DNA of 64,000 bases from Azolla caroliniana (Eukaryota; Plantae; Polypodiophyta): the NCBI GenBank assembly GCA_043228905.1, contig JBHGNT010000001.1, positions 22,630,001-22,694,000 on the forward strand, written 5' to 3'. The position numbers and the translations under genes were made by a program. Under the pieces are notes generated by a model. The model worked only from the letters and a program-made list of their open reading frames with translations, was not told the DNA's origin and did not search any database. Positions 47,701 to 61,888 of this stretch are shown here, piece by piece; within the stretch, counting starts at the first letter, position 1, and the number at the start of each line of letters is the position of its first letter.

Positions 47701-49156
47701 CGGGGACATATTTGTGAATATGTTTGCCAAGAGCCCTTGAGGCTATATTTGTAAATAGCCCGAAAGTCATATGTGTATAAATATGACTTAGGGCAAACAG
47801 TTTATGTTGCTGCTTATTTTTCTGTTTTTCCACTCAAGGGGAGTGAAGAGAGAGTAGCCGTGAGAGAGAGAGAGAGATAGAGCGCGAGAGACGAAGAGGT
47901 AGACGCCTCTGTGTATTTCCGCCGCCTGTGGCGAGGACAGCGAGCTCAAGGTCGTCGCCTTGCAGCTCGCCATTGTATACTTCTCTGTATAGTGTTTGGT
48001 TTGAAGTCTTGTACTCCCGTGGTTTTTCCCGTCTAGGGTTTTCCACGTAAAACATCCAGTGTACCCTTCTCTCTATTGTTTTCGTGCATTGTTGTATTTC
48101 CCGTTTTCTGTGAATCGATCCAGTTCCTCGATTGTGGCCGAGCACGGAATTTCGACACCGCCTTGTAGTCATGTAGATAGCGTGACACGTCGTTTCCGTT
48201 GAATTGTCCGTTTCGTTGTACGAGCCGCTTTACTGCCCCCGTGATCTCCGACATCACTCGTTGTTCTTGTAGCATCCGCTCGAACATCATCATCATCGTT
48301 ATGCTCATTGCCTCTTGTTGATTCTCCATCTCCTTGCCACCCGCCTTCACGTCGGGTTCACCAACTGTGTCGTGCCTTTCGGCTCCGGATCGTTGCGTGA
48401 GTCGGGTGGGAACCGCCGAGGTTTTGGACTAGGAGAAAGAAGAATATGAGATGAGGCTAGTAATGAATAGATTATTAGAAAGAGATATAGAAATTTCGTG
48501 AATCCCACGAGTGTATTTTATTCGATTAATCAATATTTAGATAAGAATATGTATTTAGATTGAAAGAAAGATATAAGAAACTTGTGAATCCCACAAGTAT
48601 AGATTATATTATTTTCGTGAATCCCACGATTATATTAATCGGTTGGTGTTTTCGAAAATATATCCAATTTCCAAATATTTCACACGCCTATTACATTGTG
48701 CTCCCCATCCTTATGTAGTGATGGGAGAGACTAAGCATAGCTACATGCTTTTTTTTTAATATGTTCATGCACACTAAATGTGCATGTGATGCTTTTCTAA
48801 TCCTTGCTTTTATTTGCTAAATATAGTGCTCATGCACGCTAGATGTGCATGAGTCACTTTTTAGTTGCTTGCGTTTTTCTATAAAATATTCACGCACTCT
48901 AAAAATGCACGATTTACCTTTTAATAAAGGTAGGTGCAAATAAAGCACTTATAGTTATTAAATCTGTTTGTAGAACACTAAAGATAAGGTAGCATAATGG
49001 TAAAGTTGAGGTTTGGCTACGTGGAGGTACAAGGTTCAAATCTTGCCCTATGCACGTGATAAATATCTTGATATTCTTATTTTATTTATTTATATGTCAT
49101 TAAATCGGTTATATTATTTTTACTTTTTCACGTAGTGTACGAAATACACTACGACA
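44769..49156 (-). mobile_element. Young non-autonomous LTR element with tRNA-Trp PBS, no pol
   Basis: 789-bp LTRs at 44769-45557 and 48368-49156 (about two differences seen), 4-bp TSD ACGT, PBS 48346-48363, PPT ~45558-45568. The interior has a gag-like N-terminus and charged low-complexity ORFs only. Confidence 0.92.
47397..48157 (+). mobile_element. Solo LTR of the 28291-33761 copia family
   Basis: TG...CA ends, TSD CCGCC on both sides, ~8 copies of the 30-bp unit. Confidence 0.92.
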
Positions 49157-50099
49157 ACGTATTCTCCCCTGTACAGACCGTCGTCCGTAATTCTTTGAGC
49201 TTTGATGTCAAGCCCCCGAGACAAACCTGCACCATCTCATCTTCCTTGATTGTTACGTTGATAGAGGCAAGTGAGTCATAGATGTCTTTCATCCGGGCCG
49301 TCTAGTCGGCCACCAACATGTCCTTTTGTTGGACATTGCTCAACTCCTGTCGAATTTGCAGCTTCCGGGCCATGGTGCTTACGGCGAAGAACTTCTTTAG
49401 GTTTCCCCAAGCTTCCTTTGGTGTCTTGGCACCCCGGAGATGGTTTTGGAGCTGATCGTTGAAACTAGATGCAAAGCAGTACATAACTTTGATTGTCGCT
49501 TGTTCCCATGTCGGGATGTCCCTCTGTGCCGCATCAGGTGTCGTATCTTTAGCTCCGTCGACATAACTCTAGTAATCGTGCCGGAGCAGGTACTGGTGTA
49601 TCTTGTATGACCAAGATGTGTAGTTGGATCTGTCAACCTTCTTCGTTAGGAGCGAGCTAGCCATTCCAACCTTGTTTTCGGAAATCGCTCATCAACTGTA
49701 GAGTCTCTCAACCCCTACGCTCTAATACCATGTGACAAATAGCGTGCAAAATCTTGTAGACAAAACCGGCTTAGCCGGATAGCAAAAGAATATAGACACG
49801 TCTACATACAATGTGCTTAGTGAGCAGTTTTATACAAGTCCATGAGAGGACTGGTAGAAGCGACTTACACTGACTCCTAAAAATATGCCTACATACCGGT
49901 TACAATCTAATCCGGCTCCTAGTTCCAGATACCTATCCGAACACCGATCTGGTTCTTCATTCAGGACTCCGATCCAACTCTAGCTTATTCAGCCAATCCG
50001 GATCTAGTTGAGCTTGTTCGGTTAACAGAACGAAGACAGAAGTTGCACCCAACTAGCTTGGTTTTGACTCAAGTCTCTAGCATTTTGAAATCATGTTAG

Positions 50100-50420
50100 A
50101 TTCTTAACCTCCAACAAATGTATCCATTGTTCGAATGAGTCTATAATAGTTAGAAGATTTTTTTGTGAATCTCATCATTGATCTTTGCGGGTTCGAATTT
50201 GTGTTACTAGAAAGCAATTGGATGTAACTTTCTGTCCTCTCCGATATGCGACAAGATACTTCCTAGTGCAAAATTAGACACATCTACTTTGATGATGAAG
50301 GCGTTTTCTAGGTCAACATCCTTGTAAGCTCTATGAGAGGCATCATAATCTACAAATAATTCTTGATCAATTTGTGAGAAAATTCGTAAATCCCAAGAAA
50401 CATTGAACATCACACACTGA
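50100..50420 (-). pseudogene. Gypsy RNaseH fragment
   Basis: FIIKVDVSNFALGSILSH...LHPIAF in ORF 50207-50413. Confidence 0.7.
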
Positions 50421-50675
50421 GTGAGATATTTCTTAGTTCATAAATGTCTTACTCTTGGGTGGATTAATAGAAATATAATGTTGTGGAACAACATGTTGGC
50501 ATAAAAGGCCAACTCCCTCCACTTTGTGTCCTAAGTGTGAACTCGTCCTCAAGTTAGGGCTTCTGTATTTATAAGCCCAAGTATAACATTGTAGAGAGAG
50601 AGAGAGAGAGTCTTTACAGAAGGGAAATCCTATCTATCTTGTCTTTTACCTTCTTTCATATTGAAATAATTACAT

Positions 50676-51205
50676 TGTGGAATCAAAACATACATCACAA
50701 CCGGCTCAACCGAATCACAACAAAAAAAACAGAGTAGGTGAGAGAGAGACAGACATACAGAAAACAAGAAAAACTCTATTAAAAAATGGCACTCATTTTG
50801 TACATCGAATATTTTCAAAGAGCACTTTTCTACAAGTCCTTAAAAGGACTCACACAAGAACCGTTAGTACTTGAATGCTCATAAATAAGCCCCTATACTA
50901 ACTCCCAAAAATAATCGTTCGCAGAATATCTTCCCAATGGCCTTCTGGCTCCCAATGATACGGCCTCGCCGATCGGTCTCCGTCTCCTAGCTTCTTCAGC
51001 CAATCCAGGCCTAACCGATTGGTCCAATCCGATCCAATTTTCGGCTTCTTTAGCCGATCCAGCCCAAGTTGAGCTTCCTCACTCAACACTCCCCCTCAAC
51101 CTCAACTTGAAGTTCTCCTTGATTTAGCATCCAACTCTTCCTAGCGTCTACACGCCTTGCTCATGCTCCTCATCTGGTTCGGTTCTGCGTTTCTCAACCC
51201 CTCTA
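50676..51205 (-). mobile_element. Copia 3' LTR (50676-51088) with PPT and short 3' internal piece
   Basis: Homologous to 3990-4421 plus 13399-13478. Confidence 0.85.
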
Positions 51206-52388
51206 TGTTATGTACGCATAACGTAGGTGAGGGTAGATCACTATTATTTACATAACTGAAGGGTATGTTCACTAATGTTAAAAAGGGGACTAATGTGATT
51301 GGATAGAAGGAATGATAGGTGCATGCACTATCATGATTTGGACAACCAATGAATGTAGAGCCTTTTACAAAGGCACATCTAATCAAGGGGCCTAGGAAAA
51401 GGTATAAATAGGAGGCTTAGCTACCCTCATAAGGAAATTACGTCGGAAGGTTGTTGTCTTTGACACCGGTGGTGCGAGTTAGGTTGTCGTCTCGACGACT
51501 GTGTTATCTCTTCCATGGTATTCGTTATCCTAATATTCGGTGGTATGGGACATCAGTGGTAAGTTAGCTATGTCTAGATCATAGCTCAGGGGTGGCGGGG
51601 TGGAATGGGTTCTTCCATCCAATCTATTTTCCTTTTTTTTACTTTATTTTGGTCTATTGATTATTAATAGACTCTTAATAGTGGTATCAGAGCATTTACT
51701 AACATTTTTTATTTTATTTTTGATGTTTTTTGCGAGTGAGCGATGGGGATTTAACAAGGCTCATCATGCTCTTCTCAAGATCAAAACAACATTCTTAACC
51801 CCATATTCTTCTTTATCAATCTCTCTTCTTTGATATGGTGCGTTCTTCTTGGTTGAATCAAATTTGTATTACGTTTTCTTTCTACTATGATATGATTTAC
51901 AATCTTATTGTGCATCAGGTTGAGCGTGTTTGCACAAATTGCACACACTCAACTCATGGCCCTTTTGCATATTGCGATGTATCTCTCACTTGCCCCTCTC
52001 TTGAGCCATCTCTTACGATAATAATTATTCTTGTACATTGGGTCGAGCGTGTTTGCCCTAATTGCACATGCTCACCTCATGGCCCTTTTGCATATGATGT
52101 TGAATATGCCACTCTTCCCTCTATTTAGCCATCTTTTGGCCATTCTGTGGAATGTTGTGGTCTTGACGAGGTGTATGTTGCCTACCTACGCCACTTTACT
52201 CCCTATTGAGCCATCACTTGGCTGATTCTATGGGATGTTGTGGCCTTGACGAAGTGTATGTTGCTTACCTATGCCACTTTACCCTCTATTGTGCCATCAC
52301 TTGGCCAATTCTATGGGATATTGTGGCCTTGACGGTGTATGTCGCTTAGGTATGTCACTTTACTCTCTATTGCGCTATCACTTGGCCA
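51206..52388 (+). mobile_element. Non-coding LTR element fragment (LTR 51206-51680, iMet PBS 51682-51693, ~73-bp tandem repeats)
   Basis: Same family as 34100-40718. Confidence 0.78.
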
Positions 52389-53300
52389 TATCATGATGAT
52401 AGTCACATCATGCCTCGACAAGGTTTGAACCCATGACCTTGTTGTACAAATGTCAAATCCTTAACCATTGTATTAAAATTCTTATATGTATAGTTTTTAG
52501 AATATATAATCTAATATCATAAGAGTATCCTATATTACTCTACATTCTAGAATGACCTAGAATATTCTAGAGTGTTGCATATACTAGAACCTTCTGGAAT
52601 ACTCTAGAAACCTTCTAAATCCCTTTACATTCTAGGATGACCTAGAATATTCTAGAGTGTTCTCTTACTTATAAATAGGGATCTATGAACCATCACAAAC
52701 CTAAATCGGTTCAACGCCATTTTGTAACACTCTGGTGCCTACTCCTTGTAATCCATTTTACTCTACAATACAATATTTCCCTTTCACTTCTCTGTCTTTC
52801 TTTCTCTTAACGTTATACCTTTCTCTCTCTCTCTCTCTTGATAGTTTGAACCGATTTCCTCATTTCTTCCCCTTCCACAAACCCTTACAAGTTCTCTTTT
52901 TCCTTCTCCTCTCCCCTCGTAAGCTATGGAGTCCATGAGCAAATAGGAGTATATGTGTGTTCTTTCTGAGCTCAACATGCTGACGAATAAATTTGTGGCA
53001 TTAGAGCATGAAAATCAAAGGCTATTTGGAGACCAACAACAAGTAAGCACCGAAAAAGCTCAACAGTATGAAGAGTTATCACAATGGGTTCACCAACTCA
53101 AGTCGATTATATTATCATTACGAGAACAAGAGTCAGGGGCTCAGAACTCCCCTAGAGAACCAAAGATTAGCCTCCTCGCCAAGTTTGATGCTACATAGTC
53201 TTTATTTCGAGGCTTTTTGAATCAAGTTCGTTTGGTTATTTAGCTACATCCCAATCGGTATCCAACTGACGTTGCTCGTGTGGGATTAGTGGGAATGAGG
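52389..53300 (+). mobile_element. Truncated Tcn1-like chromovirus (5' LTR plus start of gag)
   Basis: TTCTAGAA-rich LTR and gag REPKISLLAKFD...YPTDVARVGLVG, both homologous to the 14234-24244 element. Confidence 0.8.
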
Positions 53301-53429
53301 ATTGTAGGTTAGTTACATAACCTTTTAACAATCTAGACCCATTTTACCATATTTGCAAACATGCAGATTTGTGTGCATGTGTTTACACATATAATATATT
53401 CACACTTACTCTTGTGCTCTCGAATATGT

Positions 53430-56400
53430 GTTTGGATGCAAAGAACAAGAGAGGTATTGCACAAACAGAAAACGAGAATGCAAAAAACGAGATAAAGAGA
53501 CAGAGTGTTTAGCATGGAAAACCCAAACCGGGAAAAGCCACGTGGAGTCCTCGAAATCCAAACTAGATCATTGTGATAAGGAGTACAATAAGATACTCGG
53601 AGGCAGCCGCCTTGTGGTCTCCCGATTTCGGTTTCGGTTTTCGATCTCGGCCTCGACTTGGTTCATTCTCTTCCCATTCAGAGGGACCTATTTCCCAACA
53701 AACTCCCCCTTCACTCTAACATGGGGTACTTTATTTATCCGATTCTCTATCGGCACTCATTCAGCTTCTCTGTTGACAACACTTTTGTCAACATGTCCGA
53801 TCAATTCTCGGCTATTTGAATTTTCACTAGAGAGGACTCCTCTTCTACTCACCCTCGGAGCCAATGATATCTCCTTTGGATGTGCTTGGTCCTTGAGCGG
53901 TAGGCGATATTTTTCGCAAGGTGGATGACACTCTGGTTATCGCAATGGAGTCGAAATTCCTCTTGTTGAATTCCCAACTCACCGATAAATTCCTTCATCC
54001 ATATGATTTCCTTGTCGGCTTCTGCTATGCACATATATTCGACTTCCGTGATAGACACTGCCATGGCCTTCTATAGCCTCGACTACCACAAAACGACTCC
54101 CCCTACATAAGTCATCATGTACCCGGACGTGGATCTGCTGGTATCCACGTCTGAATCCATGGAACCTTCCAATGTGGGGTTACCCGAGCCGAATCGGAGA
54201 CACACACTTGAGGTGCCTCTTAGGTACTAAAGTATCCACTTGACCGCTGCCCAATCCTCTCTTCCGGGATTGCTCATATATCGGTTGACCACTCTGACTG
54301 CGTATCCCATTTCCGGCCTCGTGCCAACCATTGCATACATCAAGCTCCCGACTACCGAGGCATAAGGGACTTTTGCCATCTTGGCCTGCTCGGTTTTTTA
54401 TTTTGGACATTGGTTCTTGCTCGGCTTGTAGTTTGTCGGTAGTGTTGAGCTGACTGGTCTCACGCTTTCCATGCTGAATCTCTGGAGCACTTTTGTCACA
54501 TGCTTCTCTTGTGACAGGCATAACAATTTCTTTGTTCGATCCTGAACAATGTGCATTTCCAAGACGTGTTTTGCCGGACCCATATCTTTCATCGAGAACA
54601 ACCTACTCAAGGCCTTCTTCAAGATTCCAATTTTCATCGGGTCTTGTCCGACAATCAACATGTCATCAACGTACAACAGGAGGATAAGAAAATTTCCTCC
54701 ATCATACTTCTTGACAAAGACGCAATGATCAGCTTGTGTCTTGCTGAAACCGTTATCCACCATGAAGGATTAGAATTTTCGGTACCATTGTCAAGGTGCT
54801 TGCTTTAACCCATATAGGTTCTTCCTCAATCGGCATATGAAGTTTTCTTTATCTTTCTCCATGAATCCTTCCGGCTGGTGCATATAGATGTCCTCTTCGA
54901 CATCACCGTGCAGAAACGCCATCTTGACATCCAATTGCTCGATATCAAGGTTCATTTGGCTGCGATGCTCAACACTGTTTGGATTGACATCATCTTCGTG
55001 ACTGGGGAAAATATTTCATCGAAATTGACACCCTTCTTCTGTTGGCAATCTTTCACGACAATTCGTGCTTTGTATTTGGGTGGATTTCAGCCATCTCCCC
55101 ACTTTAGTTTGTATACCCACTTATTCTGTATTTCCTTCTTCCCTTTCGGCAACTTAGTCAGTTTGCATGTGTGGTTCTCATGCAAGGAATCCATCTCCTC
55201 TTACATGACACTTCACCACTTTTAGCTGTGGATATCGTGTTTAGCTTCTTCAAAGCTTTCTGGTTCCCCCTCATTGGTTAGCATTGCACGCTCTTCATAT
55301 AGAAATCCTTCGGGGGGCCTCCTTTCTCTCAGGGGGTATCTTCGGCCTCCATTCGGCACTGTCATTTCCTGTTTGACTTCTTCGGTCAAGTCAAATTTGG
55401 TTCCTCGTTCGGTCGATTCCCATTGTTCTTCAGTTGGTTCTCATTTTGCCAAGTATTATATTGGACGACTGGCTTGGATTCGATTTCGATCGAATTGACT
55501 TCTACTCGATTCGGTCAAGCATCAACTCAGATCGATTTGGTAGTTGATGACTTGTTCTTAGTCTCCCAATCGACAATCGTCTTCTCATCCATGAAGACAA
55601 TGTCGCGGCTTTGGATCACTTTCTTCTCGGCTAAATCCCATAGCCAATTGCCGAATTCATCATCGCCGTAGCCGAGAAATATAGATGGAAGATAGTTGAA
55701 CACCCTCTAATGTCGGTACGAGACATCTTTGCTGCTCCCCACCCTTTGTGGAATATCACCGTCCAAGGGCACTAAGGGTGATCGGTTTATCACATACGTT
55801 GTCGTCATCAATGCCTCATCCCTGAACCTCTTCGATAACTTTGCATGTGCAAGCATACTTCAGACCCTCTCCATTACAGTCTAGTTCATTCTCTCAGCCA
55901 ACCCCTTAAGCTTTGGTGTCTTCGGCATGGTATACTCGAGCCGGATTCGCTGTGCTCGGCAATATTCTTCGAACTGTCTGTGGTACTCTCCGCCATTGTC
56001 TGCTTGGACTAGCTTCAACCTTCGACTAGTTTCCCTCTCGGCCCTCGCTTGGAACTCTTTGAAGATGGATAATACTTGATCCTTCGTCTTCAGCATGGAA
56101 GCCCACAACTTCCGGTTGCAATCATCTATGAAGGTCACGAAATATTGTGACCCAACATGACATTTCATGTCCACGTAGCATATGTCTGTATGCACAAGTT
56201 CTAGTGGCATTTTCTTCCTCATCGAGGGCCTCGATCGGAACGAGGTTCGATTTTGTTTGTCGGCCAGGCAATCGACATACTTATCTAGATGCACTTTCTT
56301 TAGCTCCGGTAGGAGTTACTTTTCGGCTAGCATCTGCATTCCCTTCTAGTTCATGTGGCATAACCTCTTGTGCCACAACTCTCCGGCTGTGTCGGCTGCC

Positions 56401-57900
56401 ATGTTTACTTCCCCTCAGCATAATCGAGTATTCATTATGTATAGTCAGCTGGTTTTCCAAGCTTGAGCCACAATCAGGCTCCCCTTGCAAAACTTCATGA
56501 CACCATTCTTGATGTTATTCAAGTAGCCTTCATCATCTAGATGACTGGATGATATAAAGTTGAGTCAATCTTCCGGAACGTGCCGAATATTTCTCAGTAG
56601 TAGTCTGCACCTGGTCGATGTCATCAAACACACATCTCCAATGCCAACAATTCGGCATGCTCCTTCATTCTTGATTTTTAAAAGACCATGGTCTCTAGAC
56701 TTGTATGATGAGAAGCACTTTTGGTCAGGGCTTAGGTGAAATGACACACCCGAATCTACCACCCATGTCGATTCTTTGCTGGTGAGATTGACCTCATTTT
56801 GTTCACTAATGAACAACGCTCCTCTTCGCTCGTGACGATTGCTGATATGTTGTTTCTGTCTGGTATTTTCTTCAGCTCTACACCATCAGTTCCCCCCTTT
56901 CTCCTTTCAAAAGTGCTAGGAATTCTTTTGGAAGTGCCACGGCTTCCCACAATAGAAGCACATGGGCTTTCCCCTCGATTTCCACCTTGTCCTCGACTTA
57001 TCTCGATTATGGGGACTTCGATTTCAGCCTCTTCCTCAATTTGTGTCAGTCTCTGTGACTAAGGCCTTCGGGTCGGTATTGGACTCTCAGTCCATCCAGC
57101 GAGCTTCTTCATTCAACAAGGTAGACTTCACCTACTCTAGGTATAACTGTTTCCATTGCCTAATGTGACAACCAACGTTTCCCAGCTATCCGGAAGGGAT
57201 CCCAGCAACAACAGTGCTCATACCTCATCGGCAAGAGGTACTTCTAGAGAGATGGTTTGATTCATCAGTCCTTCGAAGTCATTAATATGCTCCGCCATGC
57301 TAGAGCTATCTTGATATTGGAGTCTTACGATTTTTCTGAAAACTGAGACTCTATTCACGACATTCTTGTTTTCGAACATCACACCACTCTTCTTCAAGAG
57401 GACGTCGGTAGTCGTCTCGTCATCAAAGTTGTTGTATAGACTCATGTCTATAAAACACCTTATATATCTTGTTGCCTTTAGATGCCTAACTTCCCAAGTC
57501 GATGCATCGATCTTGTTTGGCCTTTGATCTCCGAATTGCACCAGTAGCCAGAGGTATTTGCACACGAGGATGTCCCGCATCTTCCACTTCCACACTGAGT
57601 AGTTGAAGCCGGTTAACTTGAACATGCCACCAAACAAGTCTTCCATCGCTCTGATACCACTTTTTTAGGATCATGACTGGCCACAACCAGTTGTGCTCTC
57701 AAATTTGCGTTCGGATGCAAAGAACAAGAGAGCTAGTGCACATATAGAAAACGAGATACAAAGACACAATGTTTAACATGGAAAACCCAAATTTGGAAAA
57801 ACCACATGGAGTCCTCGACCTCTGAACTAGATCACTCTGATAAAGAAGAGTACAATAAGGTACTCAAAGGCAACAACATCGTGATCTTCTTCGTCTGACA
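53430..57900 (-). mobile_element. Decayed copia element
   Basis: PBS at 57648-57659, gag 57218-57646, integrase 55881-56294, RT 54398-54763, PPT ~53703-53712, partial LTRs at both ends. Confidence 0.88.
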
Positions 57901-57917
57901 TACGGCTACCAAGTTAC

Positions 57918-60900
57918 TATTGGGAGAGCTGGGTCCCTCCAGATGGGATGAGCCGAATTGAAGAACAAGCTCGGCCTAGGCCGAAAATCGATTTCCTGAA
58001 ACCGAAATCGAGAATCGTTTATACTACCGATTCGGAAGACTATATTTGTAAATAGTCTAAATGTGGCCTTGTGGGCTATACTTGTAAATAACCAAAATGT
58101 TATTTTAGTATATAGACAACTAGGGCAAACTTTAGATTTGAGTAGCATTAGTGTGGTTGATTACTATTGGATAGTTAGAATGAGGGAGTTATCTTTGTAA
58201 CTGAGAGTGAGAGAGAGAGAGAGAGAGAGAGTGTGCAAGAATGAGGGTCAGACGAAGAAGATCTTGAGGTCATTGCCTCCGAGTATCTTATTGTACTCCT
58301 CCTTATCATAGTGATCTAGTTCGGAGTTTGCAAACTCCATGTGGTTTTTCCCGATTTGGTTTTTCCACGTTAAACACTATGCTTCAGTTTTTTGTTTTCT
58401 CTGCCCCTCGTTTCTGTTTTTGCATTACCTTGCTCATGCTTCTTTGCATGCAAACAAAAACGTCTAACCAGTTGTGGCCAGTCGATTCTCAACAAATTGG
58501 TATTAGAGCAATGTAAGACTCATTTGACGGCATGTTCAAGTTAACCAGCTCCAACTACTCAGTGTGGAAGTCGAAGATGAGAGACATGCTCATGTGCAAA
58601 GACCTCTGGTTGCCGATGCAATTCAGAGATAAAAGACTAGACAAGATCGATTCATGGACTTGGGAAGTCATGCATCTGAAGGCGATAGCATATATAAGGT
58701 GTTTTATAGACATGATTCTATACAACAACTTTGATTAAGAGACGAGTGCTGACGTCCTCTGGAAGAAGATTTGTGTGATGTTCGAAAACATGAACGCCAT
58801 GAACACCATGAACAAAGTCTCAGCATGACGTACCACATTAATGCCTTCCAAAGATTGATGAATCAAACCACCTCTTTAGAAGTACTTCTTGCCGACGAGA
58901 TATTAGCAATGTTGTTGTTGGGATCCCTTCCGAACAGCTGGGAGACACTAGTTGTCACATTAGGCAATGTGGGCCCGCAAGGGAAACACTTATCCCTAGA
59001 GCAGGTGAAGTCGAGCATATTGAATGAAGAAGTTCGCCGGAAGGACCGAGAGTCCAATACCGACCCGAAGTCCCTTCTCACGGAAAGTGACATGAATCGA
59101 GGAAGAGGCCGAAATCGAAGTCCCCAAAATCGAGATAAGTTGGGGACAAGGTCGAAGTCAAGGGAAGGCCCACGTGCTTCTATTGTGGGAAGCCAGGGCA
59201 CTTCCAAAAGAATTGTTGACATTTTCGAAAGGAAAAAGGGGGAGCCGATGGTGTGTAGCCGAAGAAGATTTTGAACAGCAAGAACACCTCACCAATCGCG
59301 ACAAGTGAGGAGTTGTTGCTCATCAGTGAGCAAAACAAAGTAAACCTTGTTGGTGATCAATCAACATGGGTGGTCAATTCGGGTGTGCATCATTCCACCT
59401 AACTACTGACCGGAAATGCTTCTCATCTTAAAGAGCCAAAGATCTTGGATCTGTAAAGATGGGAAATCAAGGAGCATGTTGAATTGTCGGCATAGGAGAT
59501 GTGTGTTTGGTAACGTCAACCGGGTGCAAACTTGTGTTGAGAGATGTACGACACGTTCCGGAAGTTCGATTGAACTTGATATTATCCGGTCAACTGGATG
59601 ACGAAGGCTACACAGGTAGCATCCGGAACCGCGTCATGACGTTTTGCAAAGGGAGCATGATAGTGATTCGAGCATGGAAGACAAACACACTCTATTTGAT
59701 GCATGCTCGATTATGCCAAAACGAGGTAAACGTGGCAACCAACATAGCCACTGAGTTGTGGCATAAGAGGTTGTGCCACATGAGCCATAAGGGAATGTAG
59801 ATGCTAGCCGAAAAGGAACTCCTACCGGAGGTAAAGAAAGTGCATTTGGATAAGTGTGCCGATTTCCTGGCAAGAAAGCAAAATCAAACCTCCTTCCGAA
59901 CTAGGCCCCCAATGACGAAGAAAATGCCACTACAACTTGTGCATACGAACATATGCTATGTGGACACAAAGTCGCATGTTGGTTCACAATATTTCGTGAC
60001 CTTCATAGACGACTATAGCCAGAAGTTGTGGGCTTCTGTGCTGAAGATGAAGGATAAGGTGTTATCCATCTTCAAAGAGTTCCAAGCGAGGGCCGAGAGG
60101 CAAGCCGGCCGAAAACTGAAGGCAGTCCGAGCGGATAATGGCGAAGAGTACTAAAGACCGTTCGAAGAATGTTGTCGAGCACAGGGAATCCAGCTCGAGT
60201 ATACCATGCCAAAGACTCTAGAGCTTAATGCATTGGCTGAGAGAATGTACCAGACCGTAATGGGGAGCGTCCGAAGTATGCTTGCACATGTGAAGTTACC
60301 AAAGACATCTGGGTTGAGGCGCTGATGATGACAGTGTATGTGATATATCGATCACCCTTAGTACCCTTGGATGACAATACTTTCACAAAGGGTGTGGAGC
60401 GGCAAAGACGTATCATACTAACACTTGAGGGTGTTCGGTTGTCTTGGCTATGTGCATGTTGGAAAGGATTAGAGGGGGAAACTGGATCCAAAATTCTGGC
60501 CATGCATATTTCTCGGCTACGGCAATGATGAATTCAGCTATTGATTATGGGACTTCGCTGAGAAGGAAGTGATTAAGAGCCGCGACATTGTCTGCATGCA
60601 GGAAAAGAAAATAGTCAATTGGGAGATTGAGAACAAGTCTCCACCTACCGAATCGATCCGAGTCGATGCTCAACCGAATCGAGTAGATGTCAATTTGATC
60701 GAAATAGAATCCGAGCCAGTCGGCCGATTTAATTATCGGCAAAATCGAGAACCAATTGAAGAACAAGTGGAACTAGCCGAATGAGGAGCCGAGTTTGACT
60801 CGGCCAAAGAAGTTGAAGAAAAACCAACTGTGCCGAATGGAAGCCGAAGATACCCCCTCGAGAAAGAAGAGCCCCCACGAAGATTTCCGGATGAAGAGCG

Positions 60901-61888
60901 TGTACTTCTAGCTAATGAGGGGGAGCCATGTGCCATACAAGAGGAGATGGATTCCTTGCATGAGAACCACACATACGAACTGACCGAGTTGCCAGAAGGG
61001 AAGAAGGCACTACAGAATAAGTGGGTATACAACCTAAAGCCGGGAGATGGCAGAAATCCACTAAGATACAAAGCAAGAATTGTCGTGAAAGGTTGTCAGT
61101 AGAAGAAGGGTGTCGATTTCAACGAAATATTTGCCCCAATCGTGAAGATGACGTCAATCCGAACAATGCCAAGCATAGCAGGCAACATAAACCTTGTAGT
61201 CGAGCAATTGGATGTCAAGACGGCGTTTCAACACGGTGGTCTTGAAGAGGAGATATATATGCAGCAGCTGGAAGGTTTTGTCGAGAAAGGTAAAGAGAAC
61301 TTGGTATGCCGATTGAGAAAGAGCCTATATGGGGTAAAGCAAGCACCTCGGCAATGGTACCTAAAATTTGAATCCTTCATGACTAACAATGGGTACCGCA
61401 AAACGCAGGCGGATCACTATGTATTTGTGAAGAAGTTCGACGGAGGATATTTCCTCATCATCCTGCTATACGTGGATGACATGTTGATTGTCAGACGGGA
61501 CCATATGAAGATCCAAGTGCTAAAGAAGGCCTTGAGTAGATTGTTCTCGATGGAAGATATGGGTCCGGCAAAACAAATCTTGGGAATGCACATTGTTCGG
61601 AATCGAACAAAGAAGTTGTTATGGTTGTCACAGGAGAAATATGTGACAAGAGTGCTCTAGAGATTTGGCATGGAAAGCGCAAAACAGGTCAGCTCGACAC
61701 TACCAACAAACTGCAAACTGAGCAAAGACCAATGTGCGAAATCGAAAACCAAGAAGGCCGAGATGTCAAAACTCCCTTATGCCTCGGCAGTCAGAAGCCT
61801 GATGTATGCAATGGTGTGTACGCAATCGGAGTGGTCAGTGGATATATAGGAAATCCCGGTAGAGAGCATTGGGCTACTATGAAGTGGA
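57918..61888 (+). mobile_element. Decayed copia element of the same family, divergently oriented, cut by the next insertion
   Basis: LTR ~57918-58495, PBS at 58499, gag/integrase/RT fragments 58532-61660. Confidence 0.88.

Larger units (their letters stand above)
40719..50027 (-). mobile_element. Decayed copia element (family of the element at 1-4421), host of nested insertions
   Basis: 5' LTR ~49731-50027, PBS 49719-49730, gag 49157-49670 and 43870-44768, integrase 42139-43060, RT/RNaseH 40720-42030. Confidence 0.85.
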
